DNA of 63,166 nt, counting the filler, from Octopus bimaculoides (Eukaryota), in the NCBI RefSeq assembly GCF_001194135.2. It is 6 parts of 5 records of this genome, joined end to end, with 100 filler letters (N's around TTAATTAATTAA, not from the genome) between each part and the next. Parts side by side here need not be neighbours in the genome. Positions count along the whole stretch, not along the records: positions 49,239 to 63,166 come from NC_069010.1; 5 more parts are not named here. One strand, given 5' to 3'. The notes beneath the pieces were generated by a model. The model made no database searches. It was not told the DNA's origin and saw only the letters and a program-made list of their open reading frames with translations. How positions within the stretch are numbered: the first letter of the stretch is position 1; each line of letters opens with the position of its first letter. The position numbers were made by a program, and so were the translations under genes. This document shows positions 52,201 to 63,166 of the stretch, one piece after another.

Positions 52201-53237
52201 AGAAGAAGAAGAAGAAGAAGTAGAAGAAGAAGAAGAAGAAGAAGAGAAGAAGAAGAAGAAGGAGAAGAAGAGAAGAAGAAGAAGAAAAAGAAGAAGACGA
52301 AGAAGAAGAAGAATAGAAGGATATGAAATAGATTATGAAGAAGAAGAAAAACATGAGCAACCACAACAATAACAAGAAAAGTAGTAGTAGTAGAAGAAGA
52401 AGAAGAAGAAGAAGAATAATAATAGGAGGATATGAAATAGATTATGCAGAAGAAGAAAAACATGAGCAACGACAACAAATGCAGAAGTATAGAAGAAGAA
52501 GAAGAAGAAGAAGAAGAAGAAGAAGAAGATATGAAATAGATTATGAAGAAGAAGAAAACATGAACCACAACAATAACAAGAAAAGTAGTAGTAGAAGAAG
52601 AAGAAGAAGAAGAAGAAGAAGAAGAAGAAGAAGAAAAAAGAAGAAGAAGAGGAAGAAGAAGAAGAATAGGATATGAAATAGATTATGAAGAAGAAAAACA
52701 TGAACCACAACAATAACAAGAAAAGAAGAAGAAGAAGAAGAAGAAGAAGAAGAAGAAGAAGAAGAAGAAGAATAAGAAGAAGTAGAAGAAGAAGAAGATG
52801 AATAGAAGGATATGAAATAGATTATGAAGAAGAAGAAAAACATGAACCACAACAATAACAAGAAAAGTAGTTGTAGTAGAAGAAGAAGAAGAAGAAGAAG
52901 AAGAAGAAGAAGAAGAAGAAGGAGGAGAAGAATAGGAGGATATGAAATAGATTATGAAGGAGAAAAACATGAACAACCACAACAATAACAAGAAAAGTAG
53001 AAAAAGAAGAAGAAGAAGAAGAAGAAAAAGAAGAAGAGGAAGAAGAAGAAGAATAGGAGGATATGAAATAGATTATGAAGAAGAAAAACATGAAGAACCA
53101 CACCAATTACAAGAAAAGTAGAAGAAGAAGAAGAAGAAGAAGAAGAAGAAGAAGAAGAAGAAGACTAGGAGGATATGAAATACATTATGAAGAAGAAGAA
53201 AAACATGAACAACAACAAGAAATGCAGAAGTATAGAA

Positions 53238-53268
<31 letters not shown>

Positions 53269-54107
53269 AAAAAGAAGAAGAGTAAAAATGAAGGTGAAGA
53301 AGAAATGAAGAACCAAATAAAAAACAACAACAAAAGTAGAAAACGAAGAAGAAAAAGAAGAAAAGAAGAAGTAGAAGAAGAAGAAGTAGAAGAAGAAACA
53401 AAAACAATAACAAAACCTACAACAATAACAGACAAAGAAGAAGAAGGAGGAGGAGGAGGGGAGGAGGAGGAGGAGGAGGAGGAGAAGAAGAAGAAGAAAC
53501 AGAAGGAGAAGAAGAAGAAGAAGATCAAAAGGAAAAAAGAAGAAAATAACAAAATGTGAAACAACAACAAGAAGAGAACTGAAGTAGGAGGAAGAGAGTA
53601 TAAAGACGAGAAGGCAGACGGGGAGGAGAAGGGGGGAGAAGAGGATAATAGGGCAATGTAGCGTAGGCGGTGGAAGAGGTGTTTCAAGACGACGACAACG
53701 AGTATGTGAAGAAGAAAATAACCAGGAAAACGAATGAATTCCAGAAAAAGAAGAATGAATTATGTGTTTAAAGAGTGAGAATGAGACAAATCGGTAAATG
53801 ATTTAATATTAAACATTGAGAATTATATCGTGAGTGAAAGAGTCTGAAGAAAACAGAGGCAACTTACAAATATGTCAAATTGGAGAGATTTGCAAACCAT
53901 TCAGCTTTGATGTCTTGAATTTGATTGTAGTAAAGATATCTGCATTATAAAAGGGAGAAGATTAGAAATAATATAGAATAGATTCATGATACAATATTCA
54001 ATATTGATTGATAAGAGTTAGAGGAATATGGAGAATAATTAGGAGGAGGAAGAAAGGATTATGAAGATGGTACAGCTGATGGGGATTCAGATGAAGATGA
54101 TGGTGTC

Positions 54108-54152
<45 letters not shown>

Positions 54153-54161
54153 GATGATGAC

Positions 54162-54202
<41 letters not shown>

Positions 54203-57042
54203 CGATGATAATTTTGACATCATCAACCCGTCGAAAATGACGATGCGTTTGAACATGATGACGGTGATCACCTTAATTATAATGATACTCTCGCTGATAC
54301 GGTTGATGAAGATAATGATGATGTTGATGATGATAATGATGATGTTGATGATGATGATGAAGTTTGTGATCACAATGATGCTGATGATGACGTTCAGGTT
54401 TAGATTGATGATAATGATAATATTGACAACGATGATAANNNNNNNNNNNNNNNNNNNNNNNNNNNNNNNNNNNNNNNNNNNNNNNNNNNNNGAAGATCCT
54501 TATGATAATGACGATGGGTATTAGGAGGTGGCGGCGGATGAAGATGCTGATTATCTTGAAGATAATCACGGTAAAGATGATAATGATGTAGAAGGATTAA
54601 AGGAAAGAGGTAAAGAAGAAGATGAAGACAAAGAAGGCAAATTAGTTGATGAGAAAGAAGTAAAGACGACAAAAGAAATACAACAAAAGGAAATGAATAA
54701 GAAGAAAAAGAGGGAGAAGAATAAGGAGAAGGAAACGAAGAATCAGAAGAAACAGAAGAAGAAGAATGGGAGGACAAGAAATAGATTATGAAGAAGAAGA
54801 AAACATGAAGAACAACAACAATAACAAGAAAATCAGAAGTATACAAGAAGGAGAAGAAGCAAAAGAACAAGAAAAAGAACAACAACAATTTAAGCAGAAG
54901 AAGAAGAAGAAGAAGAAGAAGAAGAAGAAGAAAAAGACGAGGAAAAGAAGGAGAAAAGCAGAAGGAAATGAATAAATAGAAGAAGCAGAGGAAGAAGCAG
55001 AAAAAGAGGAAGAAGAAAAACAATAAGAACAACGACAATAAAAACAAGAGCAACAAACAGAATACCTAAAATATTAACAAAGTAGAAGAAAAAGAAAACA
55101 AAGAAGAACAAAAAGAAGACGAAGAAGAAGAAGATGAAGAAGAGAAAAAGAAGAAGAAGAAGAAGAAGAAGAAGAAGAAGAAGAACAAGAAGAAGAAGAA
55201 GCAGACGGAGAAGAAGATGAAGACTAGAAGAAGAAGAAGAAAAAGAACAAGAAGAAAAAGAAGACGAAGAAGAAGAAGAAGAAGAAGAAGAAGAAGAAAA
55301 AGAACAAGAACAAGAACAAGAACAAGAAGAAAAAAAGGAAGAAGAAGAAAATGAAAAAGAAGAAAAAGAAAAAGAAAAAAGAAACGGAAAAAGAAAAAGA
55401 GCAGAAGGAAAGGTAGCTGATGCTGATGATGATAATGATGATGAAGAACAACAAGAACAATAACAAAATGTGAAACAACAACAAGAATACGAGAATGGAA
55501 CTGAAGTAGGAGGAAGATAGGATAAAGAGGAGGAGGCTGATGAGGAGGAGAATGGCGGAGTAGAGTAGAAAAGGGGAGTGTGGCGTAGGCGGCGGCGGCG
55601 GAGTTTCAGGACGACGACAACGACTATGTGAAGAAGAAAATAACCAGAAAAACGAATGAATTCCAGAAAAAGAATGGATTATGTGTTTGAAGAGTGAGAA
55701 TGAGACAAATCGGTAAATGATTTAATATTAAACATTGAGAATTATATCGTGAGTGAAAGAGTCTGAAGAAAACAGAGACAACTTACAAATATGTCAAATT
55801 GTAGAGATTTGCAAACGATCCATCTTTGACGTCCGTAATTTGATTCCAGCCAAGATTTCTGCATTATAAAAGGGAGAAGATTAGAAATAATATAGAATAG
55901 TTGCGTGATACAATCTTCAATATTGAGTGATTAGATTGAGAGGAATATGGAGAATAATTAGGAGAATGAAGATGGTAAAGCTGATGGGGATTCTGATGAA
56001 GATGATGGTGACGATAAGTACAACTGTGACCTTGAGGATGGCAAAGGGTTAGGATGATGATCATGATGATGTGGAAAATTATGGACGTGATGATGATGGT
56101 AATGATGGTGTTGATGATAAGTATGATGATGATGTTGAGGATATTGATGTCTATGATAATCATGATCATTGTGGTGAGGCTAATGCTCATTATGGAAATG
56201 ATCGTGGAAATGATGGTGANNNNNNNNNNNNNNNNNNNNNNNNNNNNNNNNNNNNNNNNNNNNNNNNNNNNNNNNNNNNNNNNNNNNNNNNNNNNNNNNN
56301 NNNNNNNNNNNNNNNNNNNNNNNNNNNNNNNNNNNNNNNNNNNNNNNNNNNNNNNNNNNNNNNNNNNNNNNNNNNNNNNNNNNNNNNNNNNNNNNNNNNN
56401 NNNNNNNNNNNNNNNNNNNNNNNNNNNNNNNNNNNNNNNNNNNNNNNNNNNNNNNNNNNNNNNNNNNNNNNNNNNNNNNNNNNNNNNNNNNNNNNNNNNN
56501 NNNNNNNNNNNNNNNNNNNNNNNNNNNNNNNNNNNNNNNNNNNNNNNNNNNNNNNNNNNNNNNNNNNNNNNNNNNNNNNNNNNNNNNNNNNNNNNNNNNN
56601 NNNNNNNNNNNNNNNNNNNNNNNNNNNNNNNNNNNNNNNNNNNNNNNNNNNNNNNNNNNNNNNNNNNNNNNNNNNNNNNNNNNNNNNNNNNNNNNNNNNN
56701 NNNNNNNNNNNNNNNNNNNNNNNNGATGATGATGACGATGATAATGATGATGATGATGATAATTTTGACATCATCAACTCAAAAACGACGAGAAGAAGAT
56801 GAATACAAAGAAGGCAAATTAGATGATGAGAAAGAAGAAAAGAAGACAAAAGAAATACAAAAAAAGGAAATGAATAACAAGAAAGAGAGGAAGAAGAAGA
56901 AGAATAATGAGAAGAAAACGAAGAATCAGAAGAAACAGACGAAGGAGAAGAAAAGTAGGAGAAGAAATAGATTATGAAGCAGAAAAACATGAACAACAAC
57001 AACAAATGCAGAAGTATAGAAGAAGAAGAAGAAGAAGAGAAG

Positions 57043-57074
<32 letters not shown>

Positions 57075-59350
57075 GAAGAAGAAGAAGAAGCAGAAGAAGA
57101 AGAAGAAATGTAGAAGAAATGAAGAAGAAATGAATGAAGAAAGGGGAGAAGCAGAGGAAAAAGCAGAAAAAAAGAGGAGGAGAGACAATAATAAGAAAAA
57201 CAACAACAAAAACAACAAAAACAACACAAACAAAATAAACTACAACAACAACAACAGAACAGGAATAAGAAAATAAAGCAGAAGAAGAAAACAAGAAGAA
57301 GAACAAGAAGAAGAACAAGAAGAAGAAGAGGAACAGGAAGGTGTAGATGATGATGAAGAAGAAAAANNNNNNNNNNNNNNNNNNNNNNNNNNNNNNNNNN
57401 NNNNNNNNNNNNNNNNNNNNNNNNNNNNNNNNNNNNNNNNNNNNNNNNNNNNNNNNNNNNNNNNNNTCATACTTATCATCAACACCATCATTATCATCAT
57501 CATCATCACTTTTTTATTGTCCCCATCATCATGATCATCATCCTAACCCTTTGCCATCCTCAAGGTCACAGTTNNNNNNNNNNTCATGATCATCATCCTA
57601 ACCCTTTGCCATCCTCAAGGTCACAGTTGTACTCATCATCGTCTCCATCATCTTCATCAGAATACCATCTTCATAATCCTTTCTTCCTCATCCTCCTAAT
57701 TATTCTCCATATTCCTCTAATCACTCAATATTGAAGGTTGTATTACGAAACTATTCCATATTATTTCTAATCTTCTCCCTTTTATAATGCAGAGACCTTT
57801 CCTCCAATCAAATTCAAGACATCAAATCTGGATCGTTTGCAAATCTCTACAATTTAAAAACATTGTAAGTTGCCTCTTCTGTTTTCTTCGGACTCTTCTA
57901 CTCACGATATAATTCTGAATGTTTAATATTANNNNNNNNNNCATTTACCGGTTTGTCTCATTTTCACTCCTTAAACACATAATTCATTCTTCTTTTTCTG
58001 GTATTCATTCGTTTTTCTTGGTTATTTTCTTCTTCACATTCTCGTCGTCGTCGCCCTGAACATCCTCCTCCACCGCCTACGCCACACTCCCCTATTTTAC
58101 TCTACTCCCCCCTTCTCTACTTAGTACACCTCATCCTCTTTCTCCTGTCTTCCGCCTACTTCAGTTCCATTCTCGTTTTCATGTTGTTGTTTCACATTTT
58201 GTTGTTCTTATCATCATCAGCATCAACTACTTTTTCTGCTGCTCTTCTTTTTCCGTTTCTTCATNNNNNNNNNNNNNNNNNNNNNNNNNNNNNNNNNNNN
58301 NNNNNNNNNNNNNNNNNNNNNNNNNNNNNNNNNNNNNNNNNNNNNNNNNNNNNNNNNNNNNNNNNNNNNNNNNNNNNNNNNNNNNNNNNNNNNNNNNNNN
58401 NNNNNNNNNNNNNNNNNNNNNNNNNNNNNNNNNNNNNNNNNNNNNNNNNNNNNNNNNNNNNNNNNNNNNNNNNNNNNNNNNNNNNNNNNNNNTTATTTAA
58501 TTTCCTTCTTTTTTCTCTTCCTTTTCTTAGTCTCCTTCTTCTTTTTCTACTTCATCTTCTTCTCTTCTTCTTTATTTCTTTTCTTGTTATTGTTNNNNNN
58601 NNNNTCTACTTCATCTTCTTCTCTTCTTCTTTATTTCTTTTCTTGTTATTGTTGTTGTTGTTCATGTTTTTCTTCTCGTCTTCTTCTGCTTTTTCAATTC
58701 TTCGTTTTCTTCTACCTATTCTTTTTCTTCTTCCCCTCTTTCTTCTTCATAATTTCCATTTTTATATTTCTTTTGTCTTCTTTTCTTCTTTCTCATCATC
58801 TATTTTGCCTTCTTTGTCTTCATCTTTTTCTTTACCTCTTTCCTTTAATCCTTNNNNNNNNNNTTGCCTTCTTTGTCTTCATCTTTTTCTTTACCTCTTT
58901 CCTTTAATCCTTCAACATCATTATCATCCTTTCCGTGATTATCTTCAAAATCATCAGCATTTTCATCCTCCACCTCCTCCTACTCTCCATCAACATCATT
59001 ATCATAAGGATCTTCATCAAAATTAACATCGTCGTCTTTATCGTCGTTGTCAATATTATCATTATCATCAATCTAAACCTGAACATCATCATCAGCATCA
59101 TTGTGATCACAACCTTCATCATCACGATCATCATCACTCATCATTATGTTCGTCGTCATGACCATCACCATCATCATCCTCATTATCGTCATCAACATCA
59201 TCATTATCATCNNNNNNNNNNNNNNNNNNNNNNNNNNNNNCATCATTATCTTCATCATCATCATCGTCATAATCAACTTCATCAACATCATCAACAGCTT
59301 TCTAAACTTTAACGTGATCATAAATTTTATCGTCGTCCCGTTCTTCATCN
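49240..59350. repeat. Higher-order satellite: ~1.9-kb unit of degenerate (GAT)n + (GAA)n + ~310-bp complex spacer; 4 direct copies and an inverted copy
   Basis: Units start at ~49240, 51217, 54056 and 55966. The spacer ATGAATTCCAGAAAAAGAA...CTGCATTATAAAAGGGAGAAG begins at 50891, 53734 and 55656, and occurs in reverse complement at ~57690-58010. Confidence 0.9.
51740..53230 (+). repeat. Nested array: ~12 copies of a ~60-bp core separated by variable (GAA)n
   Basis: Core GGATATGAAATAGATTATGAAGAAGAAGAAAAACATGAAC(AA)CACAACAATAACAAGAAAAG at ~51741 (variant), 51903, 52010, 52136, 52312, 52420, 52528, 52665, 52801, 52931, 53052 and 53164. Confidence 0.9.
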
Positions 59351-59749
59351 NNNNNNNNNNNNNNNNNNNNNNNNNNNNNNNNNNNNNNNNNNNNNNNNNN
59401 NNNNNNNNNNNNNNNNNNNNNNNNNNNNNNNNNNNNNNNNNNNNNNNNNGTTTTGTTTTATTCAAGGTACATGCGGGATTTCTTTTTTAACAACTGATTA
59501 TTTATGTAAACTTTATAATAATGATATAATGTTCACAAAGCACAGACGTATTACAACTTACTGGAAAAGGGTAAAAGAGGGGACAGAAAGAGACAATTAG
59601 TAAAATAAAGAAAGACAGCAGCGAAAGCTAGAAATCATGCAAAAAACAAAGAATGAAACAAACAATGACAGAAAAGGGAACAGTTAGGGTATGATGAAAA
59701 GGAAAGGGTGCAGAAGTATATCAGGAGTAATGTTGGTGAGGCATGCAAT

Positions 59750-61950
59750 GTCCTGACAATGTCCAGGAGGCATGCAATGTCCTGACAGCTAACATTTGTG
59801 AGCGGGATCAAGTGAGATGCTAGACATTACAGCTTTAGTGTGATAATACCCAGCAAAGCAATCCATTCAATATATGATGACTGGGGGTATTTGTCTAATT
59901 TTACATCATTAGCCAGCTTCAAATAAAGCAACATTCTAGACATGATGGAAGTTCCAGATTGGAGATGCAAACTGTAAATGTGGAGATATCATAGCCATAT
60001 ATAAGTTTAAATAGCTAACTGGACAATGTGGCAAATTTTTTCATAGTGATGCTAAGACACTTTTGATGTTTATGATGATTTTAGAAATGTGGGTGATCCT
60101 CCAAAGATCATTGCTGACATTTATGGCCGAGGTCATGTTCACCAGGATACTTCTTAATTTGGGTGATGTGGAGTGAGTTGGTAAATTCCATGTTTTCCTC
60201 CCCTAATGTGTAGTGCTACACACACCTACATCCAACTTGAGTTGCCAATCAGCAAGCCATTGCTGCATTGTGTCCAGGTTTGAGTGAAGGAAATATATAT
60301 TGCATATAGTAACATGCTTCAAGTTGGCATCTATTTAGTTTAATACATAAAAAAGCAACATGGTAGCATGAATAGTTTCATTTAGATTGTCAAATATGAT
60401 TGTTATACGGTGCAGAATGTTATCTTAGTACTGTGACTAATCTTTTTAACCACGAATGAAGAACATCAAGAATTTATGTAACTTAGACCTCTCATTACAG
60501 ACAATTTTGCCATAATTCGTGTGACATAAAGTCAAGGGCTTTGGGGAAGTCAAGATAGCTAATATCTACTCTGGACTCATCATCTGTAATTTCGGTGATG
60601 TCTTCAAGAAATTCTATAAGTTCATTACAGCAACTGGAGAGACAAATCCAAATTATGAGGGTTGAATAAGATTAAAAGATTTTCAGAGGGCCTTTCTGAT
60701 ACAGAGATCCAATAATTTAGTCAAACTTACTGACGGTAATTTGCAGATGATATCCTGTTACCCTTTTTGAAAAGGGGTATAACATCGGCATTTTTCTACT
60801 ATTCTGGGGTAACTAAATTCTTAAAATCAAATTGTAAGAGTAGAAAAATTTGAAAGGTGATGAGAAGCAGATGAATAACAACAAGCCGAAAGAGGGAGCA
60901 TTGTTGCACATATGCTTGAGTTGGCATCGCAGTATTGCAAGATTAAATTCACTAGATGTTATGCAATTTGGTCTCTGTAACAGTGCAGATGGTACATTTG
61001 AATGTTCAACTATGAATTTGCCAGCATAATATTCCACAATACACAATAAGCTCTATCCTTTGGGATCTTCATTAATGTGACGTGTGAGATTTAAAAGAAG
61101 GCTGACTGGAGTATGCGGCACTACGTCTTGAACATACGTACTTTCAAAATGATGTTCTATTCACGTCGGTTGCCATGTGTTGTTCAAATTTAAGTATGGC
61201 TCTTTTTAGTCACGTGCTTGATATAGTCGGATACTCTATTGCATCTTCTTCCTTGATCTTCTGTTCTATATAATCTGAATTCACGCTCAGCATCTCCTCG
61301 ATCTTTCCGGGCAAACTGGCCCGCTACAGTTTCTCATATTGCATCTTTGGGGCTTCTAACAAGTTTACTTGCTAATGATGCTTATTATGGGAGTCGAAAT
61401 TGAATTAAGGCTGTACTGAAGTTTGACATTGACATCTCTAGAATTGTAAACTTGAAGCCAGTCAAAGCACTAAATCTCTATAAAATAGGAGTGTCAGTCA
61501 TCGCTTTTCCAGCAAAAAACAAGCGGTATGGAGGTTATGGTGTCTTCTTTCTGTCCCTTATCGATAGACTGGAAATATTAAAGCATGATTAGAATCACCT
61601 GAATATACCTTAATAGTACAGCTTAGCTGTTGTTATCTCTTACAGAAGAGGTGACTACTTGAGATCAGTTTTAGTCCAACTCAAAACAAGCAAATAATTT
61701 GTACTTTCTGCCCAATGAATTGCATCCAAGCCAATCTCTGAAAAATTGAAATAACTAGCAAGAAAACATCTCAAAAACTGTATTCTGATGGTAGCCTGGG
61801 GTAGGGATTACACAACATCATGTACACATTTCAATGTGTTTTTATGTAACAGAAAAATACCTTTTGTTGTGACTTGTTTAAATTTTCACTAGGTATTTCT
61901 GAAAAGTTTCAGTAAACATAGACCATTATTGCACCACCCCATGGTAATAA
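59750..61950 (-). mobile_element. Decayed CR1-clade LINE ORF2 (endonuclease remnant + reverse transcriptase)
   Basis: Translation gives ADVIPLFKKGNRISSANYR, SCCNELIEFLEDITEITDDESRVDISYLDFPKALD, NLDTMQQWLADWQLKLDV, EHDLG and LYMAMISPHLQFASPIWN. A weaker GGA(I)MVYV endonuclease motif lies near 61930. Many stops. Confidence 0.9.
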
Positions 61951-62929
61951 CAAAATGTAGAATGCCATGCTCAATATATCATTGCAGAGTAAAGAATGAA
62001 CCCAGGTTTAACTGTAGTGACATCAGATTTTATTCTATTAATAAAAGAATAAGCAGTGGAGCCTGTTGCACAAGCTGTGGGCATTTGAAAGCAATACTTT
62101 GTATCTGGATTGAAATCTCTCATGGTTCATAGAAGAAAATCCCTTTTGTATGTGGTGTTCAGTCATGATTAAAGAGAACTTCAATACATAAGTTCGTGGG
62201 TGCATCAGGTCATTTACTAGGATGGACCCAATAAGCGATCTGATTTTCATACCTAGCCTTATCAGAAGCTAAACTGTATGTACAACACTCTAAAGTTTAA
62301 TCTAACAAGTCTGGAACTTGATCCATTCAATTGGGGTAACGGAAAACAGTTGAAGTAAGTACGTGCTTAGAAAATGGTCGTAGATCAATGATTTCTCCAG
62401 ATATACCAATAAAAATTCCATCATATTTGCCAAATTCAGTGACTTTCTCAATGTGTCTGGATTCAGCTCTCAGTAGGGGCAATTTTGTAAGCAGAGCTTT
62501 TTAATATGATCCTTCATTGTGCAGTTCTGTACGGATTTTTGCTTTTTATATCTCTCACATCAAATTTCCAAATTTTCTCTGTGCCTGACCACTTTTTAAT
62601 AGGCCAGGAATTGGAAGGATCAGTTTCGTTGTCCTTCAATCATAGAACAATTATATGACCTTTTATCAGTCTGGGGTCATTCTGAACATTAGTGGTACAT
62701 TGAAGGCAGATAGAAAAATGGCATTTACTGCATTCAAATCATGAATTTGAAAAGTATTCTAAGGTTTTGTGCATATTAATCCCTAAAAATGTTTCTCTCT
62801 CCGTTTTTATGTTCTCTCCCAATGTTTGGCTTTCAGCCATTTCTGTCGAAGAATGTAGACTCAAAGTGTCAAAGAGTTTTCCATTATTTCTCCACCTGTC
62901 TTCCTCTTCTGTTTTCTGTAAACTTGAAT

Positions 62930-63166
62930 AATCATCATCATCATCATCATCGTTTAACGTCCGCTTTCCATACTAGCATGGGTTGGACGATTTGACTGAG
63001 GACTGTTGAACCAGATGGCTACACCAGGCTCCAGTCTGATTTGGCAGACTTTCTACAGCTGGATGCCTTTCCTAACACCAACCACTCCGAGAGTGTAGTG
63101 GGTGCTTTTACGTGCTACCGGCACGAAGGCCAGTCAGGAGATACTGGCAACAGCCATGCTCAAAAT
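62930..63166 (-). mobile_element. Family D element (runs off the window end)
   Basis: (CAT)n tail followed by GTTTAACGTCCGCTTTCCATACTAGCATGGGTTGG..., matching 7467-7720. Confidence 0.9.

Noticed and set aside
51740-53230. CRISPR array
   Set aside because: Eukaryotic context, spacers are (GAA)n rather than unique sequences, and there are no cas genes.
49240-56220. Asp-rich biomineralisation-like protein (DVEDIDVYDNHDHCGEANAHYGNDRG) encoded by the satellite
   Set aside because: No conserved start, a frameshift at GGGTTAG shared by the copies, and frequent stops; decayed (GAT)n naturally reads as Asp-rich.

Overview
Repeat-saturated, gap-rich (roughly 15% N) animal genomic DNA. The SINE families and the dense, long microsatellites suggest an octopus genome; this is an inference from pattern, not a database match. 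I found no intact protein-coding gene, and almost all supplied ORFs are read-throughs of microsatellites or N gaps. The window contains: (i) more than 30 copies or fragments of at least five tRNA-derived or RTE-tailed SINE-like families (my labels A-E), some nested or arranged in tandem; (ii) decayed autonomous elements, namely a full-length mariner with TIRs (40630-41874), a CR1 LINE (~59750-61950), RTE LINE pieces including a 3' end with three C2H2 zinc fingers (6075-6580), and Penelope-like RT/thumb/GIY-YIG remnants; (iii) MITE/foldback elements plus Helitron and hAT ends; and (iv) a ~10-kb higher-order satellite built from degenerate (GAT)n/(GAA)n tracts and a conserved ~310-bp spacer, with a nested core-plus-microsatellite array. 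The strongest lead is a set of minimal type I hammerhead-ribozyme motifs with palindromic stem III. One (25158-25203) sits inside a tRNA-headed SINE, and a second, truncated copy (35672-35806) shows that the tRNA head, the (AAT)n tract and the start of the downstream segment form one element. Another motif is at 43001-43052, near Penelope-like remnants. The TTAATTAATTAA linkers inside 100-bp gaps are assembly artefacts.
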